Of a stretch of 64,000 nt of DNA, positions 37,604 to 50,300 are shown one piece after another. The translations under genes and the position numbers were made by a program. Where the stretch lies: the NCBI GenBank assembly GCA_950097015.1, contig CATNEN010000001.1, positions 19,158,001 to 19,222,000 of the forward strand, written 5' to 3'. The notes beneath the pieces were generated by a model, which did no database searches, was not told where the DNA came from, and saw only the letters and a list, made by a program, of their open reading frames with translations. Origin of the DNA: Macrostomum hystrix. Its lineage: Eukaryota > Animalia > Platyhelminthes. Numbering within the stretch: the first letter of the stretch is position 1; the number at the start of each line of letters is the position of its first letter.

Positions 37604-40600
37604 CGCAGCACTCCGCTAACAGCCAGTCGGGTCCCAGCTGGCGGCAGCATCATCGTGGTGCGCGAACGAAGTAGCAATGGTCTGCTACCGCCGCCGCCGC
37701 TGCTGCCGCTGGCACCCAGTGCGGGCAACTCGTGGGCCAGCGTGAGGCTCAGGTTGGCAGCAATTACATCAAATGTGGATGATTTTGCCGGGTTGGGCTT
37801 CACTCGGCGCACCAGGCCACGGATCGAGTCCCGCGTTCGCTTTAGCTGGTAGGCTTGAATTCTGGCGCACACCTGATCGCTGAAGTAGCCGCAGGTCAGC
37901 CAGTCGTCAAATTCTGAGATGTAATCGAATGCAGCTAGACCATTCTGGGCGCGGCATTTCGTATCGGCGCCCCTTTCTATGAGCAGGCTGGCTGAGAGCT
38001 GGTTGCCGCTCCTACAGAAAAGCGAAGGTCAGACAGCGTTTGGATTGTCAATTTGAACTCCCCCTACATCAGCTCACCTGCAGGCGTAGAACAGCGGAGT
38101 GGCCAGGTCTCTGGCGCGAGCGTCGGGGCTGCCGCCCTTGTCCAACAGCAGCAGCATCAGGTCGGAGCCTTCAGCTAAGCCAGCCGCCAAGTGCAGAGCA
38201 GTGGCGCCATCGGGCGGAAACTGCGCACCTGGATCGGCTCCGCACCTGAAATTGGAGGTATTACATTTCTTTCTATATTAACCCAGGGGAAGCGATTCGT
38301 GTCTTTAAATAAGACACTTGATTTTCCGTTGCTCCAGTTCACACAGCTGTAAACAGGCCTGCGGGCAATGGCTCATCATTTGGTGACACTGGAACCGCAG
38401 CCAGTGAGGAGGCAATTATGACCATTTCAAAGACTCCTGAGCACACACGCACGCAGATGTACACAGGTGTGTACATCTGCCCTGATTTTCTCATCGTCAG
38501 GCAGTGTGCACTCTCACTCTGCCTTGGAGCTAGGACAAGCCCCCAAGCCTTCTCTCCGCGGCTGCGCTCCAAATAAATGCGGCCTCGCCGCGAAATCGAA
38601 CTTAGGGACCGTGATGCGAGAGGCAAACGCGTTAACCGCTCTACAACCGACCCCCCGCTGTAAACAGCATTCTGTAAACAGCAAACAGCAAACAGAATCT
38701 GAATTCCGGTGATGGTGGTGGCCCCCGGTCCATGGACTGAACAAATTTACATGGCTTTTGAAAACGCCAGGTAATCAGAACCTGTCTAACAGGAATCCCA
38801 AGGTCAGGAAGCGTCGCGAGATTAACAGCTCGCCAGACACCAGCCGGTAGAGCATCCGCGACGCTTCGTCAGACTTGAGTTCGAATCCTTTGCCGAGAAG
38901 CCAATCGGCGCACTCCACGAATCCGCCAGTCAGGGCCAGACACACCAGGCTAGGCGGGTGCTGGGGCCCCTCCTGGCCGAGGCTGCGCAGGATGGCGCCA
39001 CCGCCGTTGGAGGCATCTCGGCTAAGCAGCAGGTTGATGACGTCAGTGCGGCCCTGTAGCGCTGCGCAGTGAATGGGCATTAAGTCCTGAGGGAGGCAAG
39101 CGGGCACTAATTTCACGCAATGTCACTTCACTTCAGAGCCCCAACTCCACTCATGTATTGTCTCAGACTCCACTCATGTCTTGTCCCAGACTCCACTCAT
39201 GTCTTGTCCCAGACTCCACTCATGTCTTGTCCCAGACTCCACTCATGTCTTGTCCCAGACTCCACTCATGTCTTATCCCAGACTCCACTCATTTCTTGTC
39301 CCAGACTCCACTCATGCCTTGCTCCACACTTCTCATCCCAGCTCTCTGACTCAGAGTCCACAGCGGCACAAGGTGCGACAGAAACGGACAACGTAGAAGG
39401 TAGAAGCGGACAACGGCAGGTTGGTGCATCAGATGCCCGGAAATTTTGAAATTTTGAATTTGTTAAAGTGAACTCTAAAGAATTTCGACAGTCAAAGTTG
39501 TTCACAACGAGGCTGTTGATTGAGTGTAATGAAAAGTGCTAAAGGAAATTTCACGAAGCAAAGCAATTGAACTAAAGTACTTGTAGTTTGTGCAGGAAAA
39601 AGAAATTTGAAGATGTATAACTATTTTGTGACAGTCACAAGAATCAAAATTTTTTATGTAAACAATTTATGAAACTGTGTTGCACATTTTTACCTTTTAA
39701 CTTTGTGACCTGAAAAGGAAAATTCTGAAAAAATGACGATGTATCACACACTGAATTATATAAGATATTAATCTGACTCAACTGAGGTCTCAGCCTGACT
39801 CAACTGAGGTCTCAGCTTGACTCAACTGAGGTCTCAGCCTGACTCAACTGAGGTCTCAGCCTGACTCAACTGAGGTCTCAGCCTGACTCAACTGAGGTCT
39901 CAGCTTGACTCAACTGAGGTCTCAGCCTGACTCAACTGAGGTCTCAGCCTGACTCAACTGAGGTCTCAGCCTGACTCAACTGAGGTCTCAGCCTGACTCA
40001 ACTGAGGTCTCAGCCTGACTCAACTGAGGTCTCAGCCTGACTCAACTGAGGTCTCAGCCTGACTCAACTGAGGTCTCAGCCTGACTCAACTGAGGTCTCA
40101 GCCTGACTCAACTGAGGTCTCAGCCTGACTCAACTGAGGTCTCAGCCTGACTCAACTGAGGTCTCAGCCTGACTCAACTGAGGTCTCAGCCTGACTTAAC
40201 TGAGGTCTCAACCTGACTCAACTGACCTTATCGTTCCTGCTAACAGGGCTGGCGTCGTTGTCCAAGAGGAAGCGGATAAGGTCCAGTTGAGACGACTTTC
40301 CCTCCTCGCCGAAGCACTTGACATGCAGCGCCTGGTTTCCCTCTCTGTCTTTCAGATGGACGTCAGCGCCGGCCTCAAGCAGGATGCGAGCGCCCACGGT
40401 GCTGCCGACTCGATGAAGCACACCGGCGCCTTTATAGTCGCGAATTGTGACATCGATTTTTATTTTGAGCAGCCGACGCAACAGCAGCAGGTGGTCAAAA
40501 TAGGCCGCTGTGTGTAGCAGAGTGCTGCCGTTCAAGCACCTGCACGTTTGGATTGCGATTGTGACGTTTGGCGAATTCTGCGACATTCTATGGCATTCTT

Positions 40601-43600
40601 GGTGCACTTCTCACCTGCTCTGCAAGCTGACCAGCTCGTGGCGTTTCGTCACGTGATCCTCGATGAGGTCAGCCAGGTGACGCATATCGCCCGAGACAGC
40701 TAAGGGCACGGCAGTGGAATAGTACTGGTAGTGCTGCATCAGGCTGCGGCGGAGCTCGTCGCTTTTGGACGCCTCCAGGGCTGTCACCTTCTGGATATTC
40801 CTGGCGTGAATGTCGCAGCCCCACTCGATGAGCAGCTAAGGATGAGGGAGACACAGGAATACAATAGTCAAGTAAAATATTTCCTGAGCTTCTGCACCGT
40901 TTCAAACTGGTCTAGACTCACCTGGCAAACCTTCCTGTTCCCTGACTCCACAGCGGAGAACAGCGGCGTGCATTTGTGCACATTCCTAGCGTCAATGTCG
41001 GCGAAGTGTTCCAGCAGCAGCAGGGCCACCCTCAGCTGGCCGTAACGACAGGCGTAGTGCAGAGCCGTGTTCTGGCTGCCCGGCTCCCGGTAGTTGATGA
41101 AGTCAGGCACAAAGCTGAAGAAGCTTAGCAGCTTCTGCGTAGCTGGGCTGTTGCCCTCCTTGGCGTGCTTCAGCATGGCGCTCTGCCAGATGTCCAGAGT
41201 GCCGGGAAACACCTGGTAGAGCACCGACTCGCCTACGCCAATCAGGCTGTTCTTGCTCACGCACTCGACGTAGATGTCCCATTGCGGATATTCGGTCGGG
41301 TCCAATAGGATGGAGTCTTTGTTTGGCTGGCGAAGCAGCTGCCGCACTGTCACTAATTATATAAGAACAGGTTGACTTCAATGTCTAACAGGTTGACTTC
41401 AATGTCTAACAGGTTGACTTCAATGTCTGTCTAACAGGTTGACTTCAATGTCTAACAGGTTGACTTCAATGTCTAACAGGTTGACTTCAATGTCTAACAG
41501 GTTGACTTCAATGTCTAACAGGTTGACTTCAATGTCTAACAGGTTGACTTCAATGTCTGTCTAACAGGTTGACTTCAATGTCTAACAGGTTGACTTCAAT
41601 GTCTGTCTAACAGGTTGACTTCAATGTCTAACAGGTTGACTTCAATGTCTAACAGGTTGACTTCAATGTCTAACAGGTTGACTTCAATGTCTAACAGGTT
41701 GACTTCAATGTCTAACAGGTTGACTTCAATGTCTGTCTAACAGGTTGACTTCAATGTCTAACAGGTTGACTTCAATGTCTAACAGGTTGACTTCAATGTC
41801 TAACAGGTTTACTTCAATTTCTAACAGGTTTACTTCAATGTCTAACAGGTTTACTTCAATTTCTAACAGGTTTACTTCAATGTCTTCAATGTGCAACATG
41901 TATATTTTAGTAAGTCAGATATTTATTTGAAATTATATGAGAGGATTTAATGTACTTTTGGGCTAAAATTGGTGCAAAACTTAAAGTGTTTTTCTACTCA
42001 GTTTACAAACTATTTCTGTCCTCAAGCTAAGCAGGCAAACTCACCTTCACTCCTTCTCGTGAAGTCGTCGTGAAATTCGCCAGTCTTTTTTGAGTGCAGC
42101 ACAATCCGCCTCTGCTCCACAATGAGCTCGGGGTCAAGCAGCTTACAAAAGGCGGCGCCATTCGAAAGACTCTAAGGGGAAGTGTAAAAAACCTCCGTCA
42201 TTTAGCTTCGAGCCTAATTTGACAGCGGAGCCGTAAAAGCGTCGGACTCTCGCGCAAGAAGGTACCGGGTTCGAATCCACCGTGTTTAGTCACTACTTTG
42301 GAGGACTGAAAATTACATGCGAGCTTAACATATTCTCACCAGGTTGATCATGAGTGACAGGCACATCTGGTTGAGGGTCATGTCTCGCGGAGCCTGCACG
42401 ATTTCGAAGCGATCTGTCAGTTTGTCTCGTATTTTGTCCTGCATCTGAATTGACGGGTTACGGGTTAGGACAAGCAAGCTTGAAAATTTGTCTCATTTCT
42501 TGTATAAGCAAAACAAATAACTGAAATTGAAGGAAATGTGCACTTCATATGAGAGCGGACCGACTTGACTGGGATAGTTGAGACAGGGGAGAGATGAGAC
42601 AGGGGAGAGATGAGACACGGGAGAGATGAGACACGGGAGAGATGAGACACGGGAGAGATGATACAGGGGAGAGATGAGACACGGGAGAGATGAGACACGG
42701 GAGAGATGAGGCACGGGAGAGATGAGACACGGGAGAGATGAGACACGGGAGAGATGAGACACGGGAGAGATGAGACACGGGAGAGATGAGACACGGGAGA
42801 GATGAGACACGGGAGAGATGAGACACGGGAGAGATGAGACACTGGAGAGATGAGATGCGGGAGAGATGAGACACGGGAGAGATGAGACGCGGGAGAGATG
42901 AGACACGGGAGAGATGAGATGCGGGAGAGATGAGACAGGGGAGAGATGAGACACGGGAGAGATGAGACAGTGAAGAGATGAGACACGGGAGAGATGAGAC
43001 ACGGGAGAGATGATACAGGGGAGAGATGAGACAGGGGAGAGATGAGACACGGGAGAGATGAGACACGGGAGAGATGAGACACGGGAGAGATAAGTCACGG
43101 GAGAGGTGATACACGGGAGAGATGAGACTCTGGAGAGATAAGTCACGGGAGAGATGAGACACGGGAGAGATAAGTCACGGGAGAGATGAGACACGGGAGA
43201 GATGAGACACGGGAGAGATGAGACACGGGAGAGATGAGACAGGGGAGAGATGAGACACGGGAGAGATGAGACACTGGAGAGATGAGACACGGGAGAGATG
43301 AGACTCGGGAGAGATGAGACGCGGGAGAGAGTTCTTGGAAGCGCCCAGAAGGATCTAGGAGCTTGAGGGTTTCAGCAGGCCCTGGGCTCGGGTTTGCAGG
43401 TCCCTGGTCCAGCCCAAGAGGTTGCTGAAGTTAAATAGTTTAGCATACATACCTACTTACCAGGCAACTTAGTAGCAAGTATAGAACATGAAAAGAGCCT
43501 TTATTCACCTCCTTCAGTGTGTCCTGCGCAAAGCTGATGTTATGTCGGCACTCGGTCACATCAAACCGAGCTTCGATTTCCGCTCTCTCTGGAAAAGTTG

Positions 43601-46600
43601 GATGATCAGATTTTGCTCATATTGAGAATCCAAATCTCATTGATATGAAATTTATATTTTTACCAGCCTGGAAGGACTCTATCAGTTTCTCGAGTTTTGC
43701 CTTTTCAACGGAATCGCCGAGTCCCTGCTCGCACAGGAATTCAATGTCGGTGTGGGCGTCTCTTGTCAGCGCCTTCAGCTGCTCCTGAATTTTTTGTTTT
43801 TGCAAGTCAAGCTTAACATTTTCTTTGTAAGTAGAATATTTTTTTACTGTTTTTGTTTTATCCGAAAATTATTTTATACTACTTTATTTTATTCCTACTA
43901 ACAGTAGAAAAAAAGGAACATCAACTCACCAATCGTGCAATAACCATTTGCTGTTGCCGGAATTTGTAGGCTGCCATTAAGAAGCAGCAAAAGTAGGCGG
44001 CGATGGCCCGATTGTCGCCCTATAGGATTTTGCAATTTACAAAGTTTAGGAATTATGTTTATAAATTAGAGGTAAAGTTTTCCTTACCTCCACAAGATTT
44101 TTAGCCTTAAAACAGCCTTCAAAGCGAAAGATCTTTTCCATTGTGTCAAGCACCAGATCGAGCGACCATCTAAGAAAAGATTGATCAAACTACATTTTTA
44201 TATTTGACAATGTATCAGTCATCAAATTTCAATTTAAAAACCGTTTTTTACTTGCCTATCGTTAAGCAGTACTTCCGAGTTGAATTGGTTAGGGAACAGG
44301 GCGTTGCCCAGCGCGCAGATAACACGAGTGTCAGCCAAGTCACCAAGTTTCTAATATTTTTAACGCAAGATTAATCATGAATTAATGAATTAATAACTGG
44401 TGAATTAATAAGCTCCATTTCCTATTTCACGTCAGTTTTTAGTCTTGATACTTAGTCTTCATGACAAAGAATGAACAGATTTGCAGTAAGTATTAAAACG
44501 GCCCTTTTTAGTACTACAATAGAATAGTACAAACTTACTTTTCTTAACAAATTTTTAACAAAATAACTAATTAACTAATTAAGTTAATAAAGTGGAAAAG
44601 TGAAGTCTGCAGACAGTTAGGAAGCAAAACATTCGTACTCATTTTGCTGTTTTTTTATCGTCGAATGCCTAGTGTCCGCCAAAGTCACCAAATTTCAAAT
44701 ATTTACGCAACATTATGATGATGTTAACTGATAAACAGATAAATTGAAAAAACTTTATTTTCGCGCTTCATGTCAGTTTTTAGTCTTGATACTTTGTCTT
44801 TGGGAAAAAGAATGTACAGATTTGCAATAAGTATTAAAACGGCCCTTTTTAGTACAACAATAGAATAGTAAAATTTATCTTAACAACTTTTTAACGTATA
44901 AACTAATTAAATAAAAAATTAATACATTGGAAAACTGAAGTCTGCAGACAGTTAGGAAGCAAAGTATTCTTACTCCTTTGGCAGTTTTTAAACGCCTAAT
45001 CTGTCTTGTGTCTTTTTTTATTTTTTTTGCTTTTGCTTTGTTTTCTGCTATACTGATTTGAATGTGCTTTAACAACTTACCCATAGTCGCAGGGCCCTTC
45101 CCTCGGGAGTCATCTGTTAATAAAGTAAATATATATATTATATATTTTTAGACTACTTTTGACTGGTACTACTGATGCAAGTAGCTTACCCGCAAATGAC
45201 CTTTCACTATCTGAAACATGCAGTCAAGCGCTTTAGGAATCTTGGCTCCAGGTGCAGCCCTGGGCTTGTACTTTTTCATTAGCTCGGAGCCTGGGAAGGG
45301 CTCGTAACCTGCTGGCTGATCAGAGTACTGAAATGCAATAGTACAATGTGTAACTGCATGCATTAACTGCATGCGCATTTGCAACAGATTGACGACTTAT
45401 TCATTCACCAGCTCACCCCAGCATTCTCCAGCTCACCCCAGCATTCTCCAGCTCACCCCAGCATTCTCCAGCTCACCCCAGCATTCTCCAGCTCACCCCA
45501 GCATTCTCCAGCTCACCCCAGCATTCTCCAGCTCACCCCAGCATTCTCCAGCTCACCCCAGCATTCTCCAGCTCACCCCAGCATTCTCCAGCTCACCCCA
45601 GCATTCTCCAGCTCACCCCAGCATTCTCCAGCTCACCCCAGCATTCTCCAGCTCACCCCAGCATTCTCCAGCTCACCCCAGCATTCTCCAGCTCACCCCA
45701 GCATTCTCCAGCTCACCCCAGCATTCTCCAGCTTCCCCCAGCATTCTCCAGCTCACCCCAGCATTCTCCAGCTCACCCCAGCATTCTCCAGCTCACCCCA
45801 GCATTCTCCAGCTCACCCCAGCATTCTCCAACTTACCCCAGCATTCTCCAGCTCACCCCAGCATTCTCCAGCCCCAGCATTCTCCAGCTCACCCCAGCAT
45901 TCTCCAGCTCACCCCAGCATCCCCGCCAGCGTCCTGCACCGCTTGCGACTTCATTGACGATGCACCAAAGCCGCCAAGAACATTTTTGGTGACTTTGAAT
46001 TTCTTCTTCTGCTTGGTGACGTCGATCGGATCCGGGATCCACTGCAAAATTAACTAGTTGGTTGGCTGACGGACTGTCAGTGGGCTATGCTAGATGTGCT
46101 TGTGTTGCGGGCAATCTTAAGGCCAGACCACTTACAGTGAAGACGCACTGAGTCAGTACTGCAGCATCCGAGTGCTGCAGGAACTCCATTCGCTCCCACA
46201 GGAACCAGATGTCGTGGCTGACAAGCTCCCACAGCAGGTCAAAGACTTCCTCGGAGTTCCTGGCCGCGAACAACTTGAAGTCCATCTGGTAGCTGTCTGG
46301 CAGGATGCGCCATCGTTTGAGCTCCTTGAGCACCCATTCGGACCGAGTGACCTTCTGCTGCTGGGTCAAGTGGTCGAAGGTGTCGCCGAGGTTTCTGAAC
46401 TCTGTTCCAGTGAGTGACTCGGTGAGGTTTCTCAGGTACATGCCGGACATGAGGTCCATGAGCACATTGCTCAGCATGAGATTGCTGCGCTGAAGCCTGA
46501 GATTTACCCAGGCGGTGAAGCCGCAAATTCTGGAGCTCAGGGACATAGCTTGGACGCTTGGAAGCTCGCTGAATGCTGGAATTTGTTTGAAACCAGTGCC

Positions 46601-46618
46601 AATCAAAAATGCCGGCAT
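37600..46618 (-). CDS. Multi-exon gene: two calponin-homology-like domains, a coiled region and C-terminal ankyrin repeats
   Basis: Exon 1 has FTAWVNLRL...DLMSG (CH-like); second CH-like segment DLADTRVICALGNALFP. Ankyrin motifs NTALHYACRYG, TPLFSAVESG, GSTLLHTAAYFD, LMPIHCAALQG. Several splice junctions were checked and are in frame. Confidence 0.85.
38340..38657 (-). mobile_element. tRNA-derived SINE (family B), intronic
   Basis: GAGCGGTTAACGCGTTTGCCTCTCGCA...AGTTCGATTTCGCGGCGAGGCC head and CGCGGAGAGAAGGCTTGG body shared with other copies. Confidence 0.8.
39140..39320. repeat. 23-bp intronic minisatellite (CCAGACTCCACTCATGTCTTGTC)
   Basis: About 7 copies. Confidence 0.9.
39773..40225. repeat. 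22-bp intronic minisatellite (CTGACTCAACTGAGGTCTCAGC)
   Basis: About 20 copies, starting at the exon donor. Confidence 0.95.
41366..41892. repeat. 21/25-bp intronic minisatellite (AACAGGTTGACTTCAATGTCT)
   Basis: About 24 copies. Confidence 0.95.
42577..43330. repeat. 16-bp intronic minisatellite (GAGACACGGGAGAGAT)
   Basis: About 47 copies. Confidence 0.95.
45406..45920. repeat. 20-bp intronic minisatellite (CAGCTCACCCCAGCATTCTC)
   Basis: About 25 copies; the unit spans the exon donor. Confidence 0.95.
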
Positions 46619-47089
46619 TCTTCGATCTTTTAAAACTTCCTGTACGTTAGTGACCTCTTCTTCTCTCCCCTTTCTTTAAATGAATGTAACGCAAATTCTA
46701 CTCTACTTTTAGTAGAGAGATTGTAACTTTCTTTGAAAATTTATATCGTATTTTAAAACAAATTTGAATGTGTGATTACAAACATATTAAATGGAATTTT
46801 TTTAAATGTGGGGCTAGGAATACTGCAAACCGATTGTTTTAAAAAAAGTATAGCAAATTGTGATCCTAAAAATACACGAGGGTCAAGAGATAATAATACA
46901 GGAGATGTGATTTGAGTAAATTGTCGATGACCATAAAAACTATTTCTAGACAAAAGTGTGATCTGAAGAGTGAATAAAACTGCAAAATCTTGATTTTTTT
47001 TATAACAAGCATTATTGCCTGGCTGCAAAAGTGTCTCAATTCTGGAATAACCAGACAGATGCAGAAAAGTAATGTCACTCCTTCAGCTC

Positions 47090-47310
47090 TCATCCCATTC
47101 CATCCAATCTCATCCCATCCCATCTCATCCCATCCCATCTCATACAATCCCATCCCATATCATCCCATCCCATCTCATCCCATCCTATATCATCCAATCC
47201 CATATCATCCCATCCCATATAATCCCATCCCATCCCATCTCATCCCATATCATCCCATCAAATCTCATCCCATCCCATCTCATCCCATCTCATCCCATCT
47301 CAGCCCATCT
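47090..47310. repeat. (CCCAT)n degenerate pentamer
   Basis: Direct inspection. Confidence 0.9.
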
Positions 47311-47334
47311 CAGCCAGTTTCTTGTGTTTCCACT

Positions 47335-50300
47335 TCACGCCGAGTCCACCGCCCGTCCCAGCCTCAGCAGGTCCACCAGGCTTGGCGGTGACTCCGCGGC
47401 ACTGTCAACCGCTCCGACGCCCTTCGTCGACACCGCCGCGGTAGCCGACGCCGCCACCCGCCGCAACCCCAGCTCGGTGAGGTCCTGCTGAGCTGCAAGC
47501 TCCGCCTGGTGGGCCTGCAGCCGCGCCAGCCAGGATGTCGCCAACAGGGCGGCCTGCCGAGTCTCCGAGTCAGCCGATTCGTCGGGTGGCTGAATGCCGG
47601 CGACGCTGCAGGCCTCAACGCAGCGAAGCAGCTGAGCGGCGGCAGACATGAGCGCTTCAACTACTGACAGTAGCTGGCGCTGCTTGCGACGCAGATCCCG
47701 CATCTGGTCCAAAGTTTTAGTGAGCACTGATAGCTGCACGGAGGGTAGCACCAGCGACTTCGAGGCTCGGTGCAGCTCCTCAGAAGCCCTGCGGGTACGC
47801 GATCGATGATTATACCAATATTGATATATAATCAATATTGTTGAAACGTTGAGGCGCTACGCGCCTCGACGTTTTACCTCGTTTCAGCCCTCTGCAGCCT
47901 ATCCATATTAGTGTTGTAGTTAGCGGGCGTGAAACGCGTTTCACGTCCCGCCCACTGTGCGTATCTATGGAATTCGACCATAGACAACAGCAGAGGGCGG
48001 GCTGCCGTTAATTTCAACCTCGTTTCAACACGAGTAGGCTAACTACTATGCGGGAATTTGGAGGGCGTTGTTCTGTTGATCTGCAATGTCCTAGACGGTA
48101 GTAGAAAAAGAATTGCAGGAAGGCTGCGGGCAATTGCACAACATTTAATGACACTAGATCCATAGCAAGTGAGGAGATAATTCTGCCCATTTCACTGACT
48201 CCTGAGCACACACGCATACAGATACCGTAAGCTCACATAGGTGTGTATATCTGGCCTGACAGTGTACACTTTCACTGTGCCTCGGAGGTTGGCCCTCAAG
48301 GGGCTTGTCGCGTAAATTGCACGACAAGCCCCCAAGCCTTCTCTCCGCGGCTGCGCCTTAAGGAGACGCGTCAACCGCTCTGTCAGCCACCCCCAGCGTT
48401 CTGTCATTAAAAAAATCACGTCAAAAAGCAAGTATCTGTGCCATAGACAAAAGCCCTGGCAGTAAAATGACCTGGATTTTCCTGTTAAACAAAACGAAAC
48501 AGGCGGCTACTTACTCTTTGTTCAGGCACATTCGAGCCACGATATCGGCGAAGCGCGCGATCCGAATGACGTCATCACCAATGAGCTCGGATTCGCGGAA
48601 GAGCGCTCTGGCGGTTGCATCGTTGGAGCTCTGCAAAGAAGAAAACGTTGGAACAGGTAAATCATTGTGTCTCAGCGCTAAACTTGTTGTGTTGCAGTGG
48701 GGGGTATGAGTGGCAGAGCGATTAGCACTTTCGCCTTTCGCACCTAGGTCGGACAGCTCAATCAAGCGGCGAGGACACATTCTTTTGTGTGTAATTCTCG
48801 CTCTTAAGAGCTAACACTGCTTGACGTGACGGTGTCCCAGCGTACGGCATCTGCTTGCTTGCGTAGGGAAGTCAACGGAATGGGCAGAATTGCATCTCGC
48901 AGGCTGCAGGTCAGCCAAGTGATTATGCCAGTGCCCTCAGCCCACCTGTAGATGTTATTATAATTAATTCTGGCTCAGCTCAGCTCACCTTCTCGTGCAG
49001 CCCGCCGAGCATGTTCGCCAGCCGTAGCCCGATGTCGCATACCAGCCGGACGGCCCAGTTCTCCTGATCCGCCCACTTATTCACCTCCTTCTCCAGCACC
49101 CTGGCCGCCATGTTGAAGCTCTTGACGGCTGCGGGGTCGCCTACCAAGGCATCCGGTAGCTTCAACAATTGGCGCCTCTCCTGATCGGTGGCCAAACTGT
49201 GTGCGAGGTTTCGAGTTCGAATTCGCTGTTCAATTTGCCGCCGAACGTCTCTGTAAGGAGCGGAGGCTGCCGCCGGACCATCGGATGTCTCAGCGGCCGG
49301 ATGGAACTCGTCCTGCAGCTGCAGCAGCAGACGGCGGAAGGCGGCTTCGTCTGAGGCCCGGTTGTCATAGTTCAGGTAGGAGTCCAGCCACTCTTGGAAA
49401 TCTGGGGGGATTTGACGTTTCTAAGCGTCAAAAAACCTTTAAAAACCTTTGCGAGACTTGATAAAATTTTAATTGATTACACCTGCCCCGATTAGGTCAG
49501 ATGTGCAGCCGACAGCACAGCCACAGCTATTGCGCAGCGCATCTGAAGACTGCGTACGGCTGTTCAGTCCATGGACTGGGGGAGACGCCACACACACACC
49601 ATTAATTACCCCAAGCTAATGCTGGTACCCTTTTAACAGCTGGGTGAACTAAAGCAATGCAGAGTTAAGTGTCTTGCTAAAGGACACAAATTGTTCCACT
49701 AGGCTACAACCTCTTACCTACGCTACGTATCTGTAAGAGGACCAGACTTGATGAAGAGTCTGTACTCACCGTTCCTGTACTTCCGACCCGCCTTGGTCGC
49801 ATCCAGCAGTCTGCACAGTCCGGCTGAGCACAGGCAACTCCGCAGCATCAGAGATCTCACTTCGCCGGCGTCAACATCCGGGCTGGGGTCTCGCGCGAGT
49901 TTGCTCAGCGCAACTCTGAAGGCCTCGATCTCCGGGCTAAGCGACTGCAGAGCCTGCAGGCTGCAGTCCAAAGCGGTCTGGTCGCTGGCGAGAGACTCCG
50001 TCAGGAAGTCGGACAGATCTGGGCCAAACGAGCCGAACAGTTTCTGCAGCGGAGCGGTGTCCCGGGAGACGCATGCGGCGCCAAGCGCGGCTGACAGCCA
50101 GCGCGAGCAAGGACTTAGCAGCAGCTCGAATCGGTGACAAGAGTGCAGCACCTGCGGGCCAGGAAGTGTGTCAGATGCACAAAAAACACTTGAAGTCTTA
50201 GGCGTAACAATGGGAGTCAATGGCGGAGCGGTTAACGCGTTTGCCTCGCACGCCAAGTTCCTTGAGTTCGATTCCGCGGCGAGGCCACATTCATTTCGGG

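Noticed and set aside
39773-40225. TGACTCA (AP-1-like) site in each 22-bp unit as an enhancer array
   Set aside because: A 7-mer inside a minisatellite is multiplied automatically; there is no independent evidence of function.
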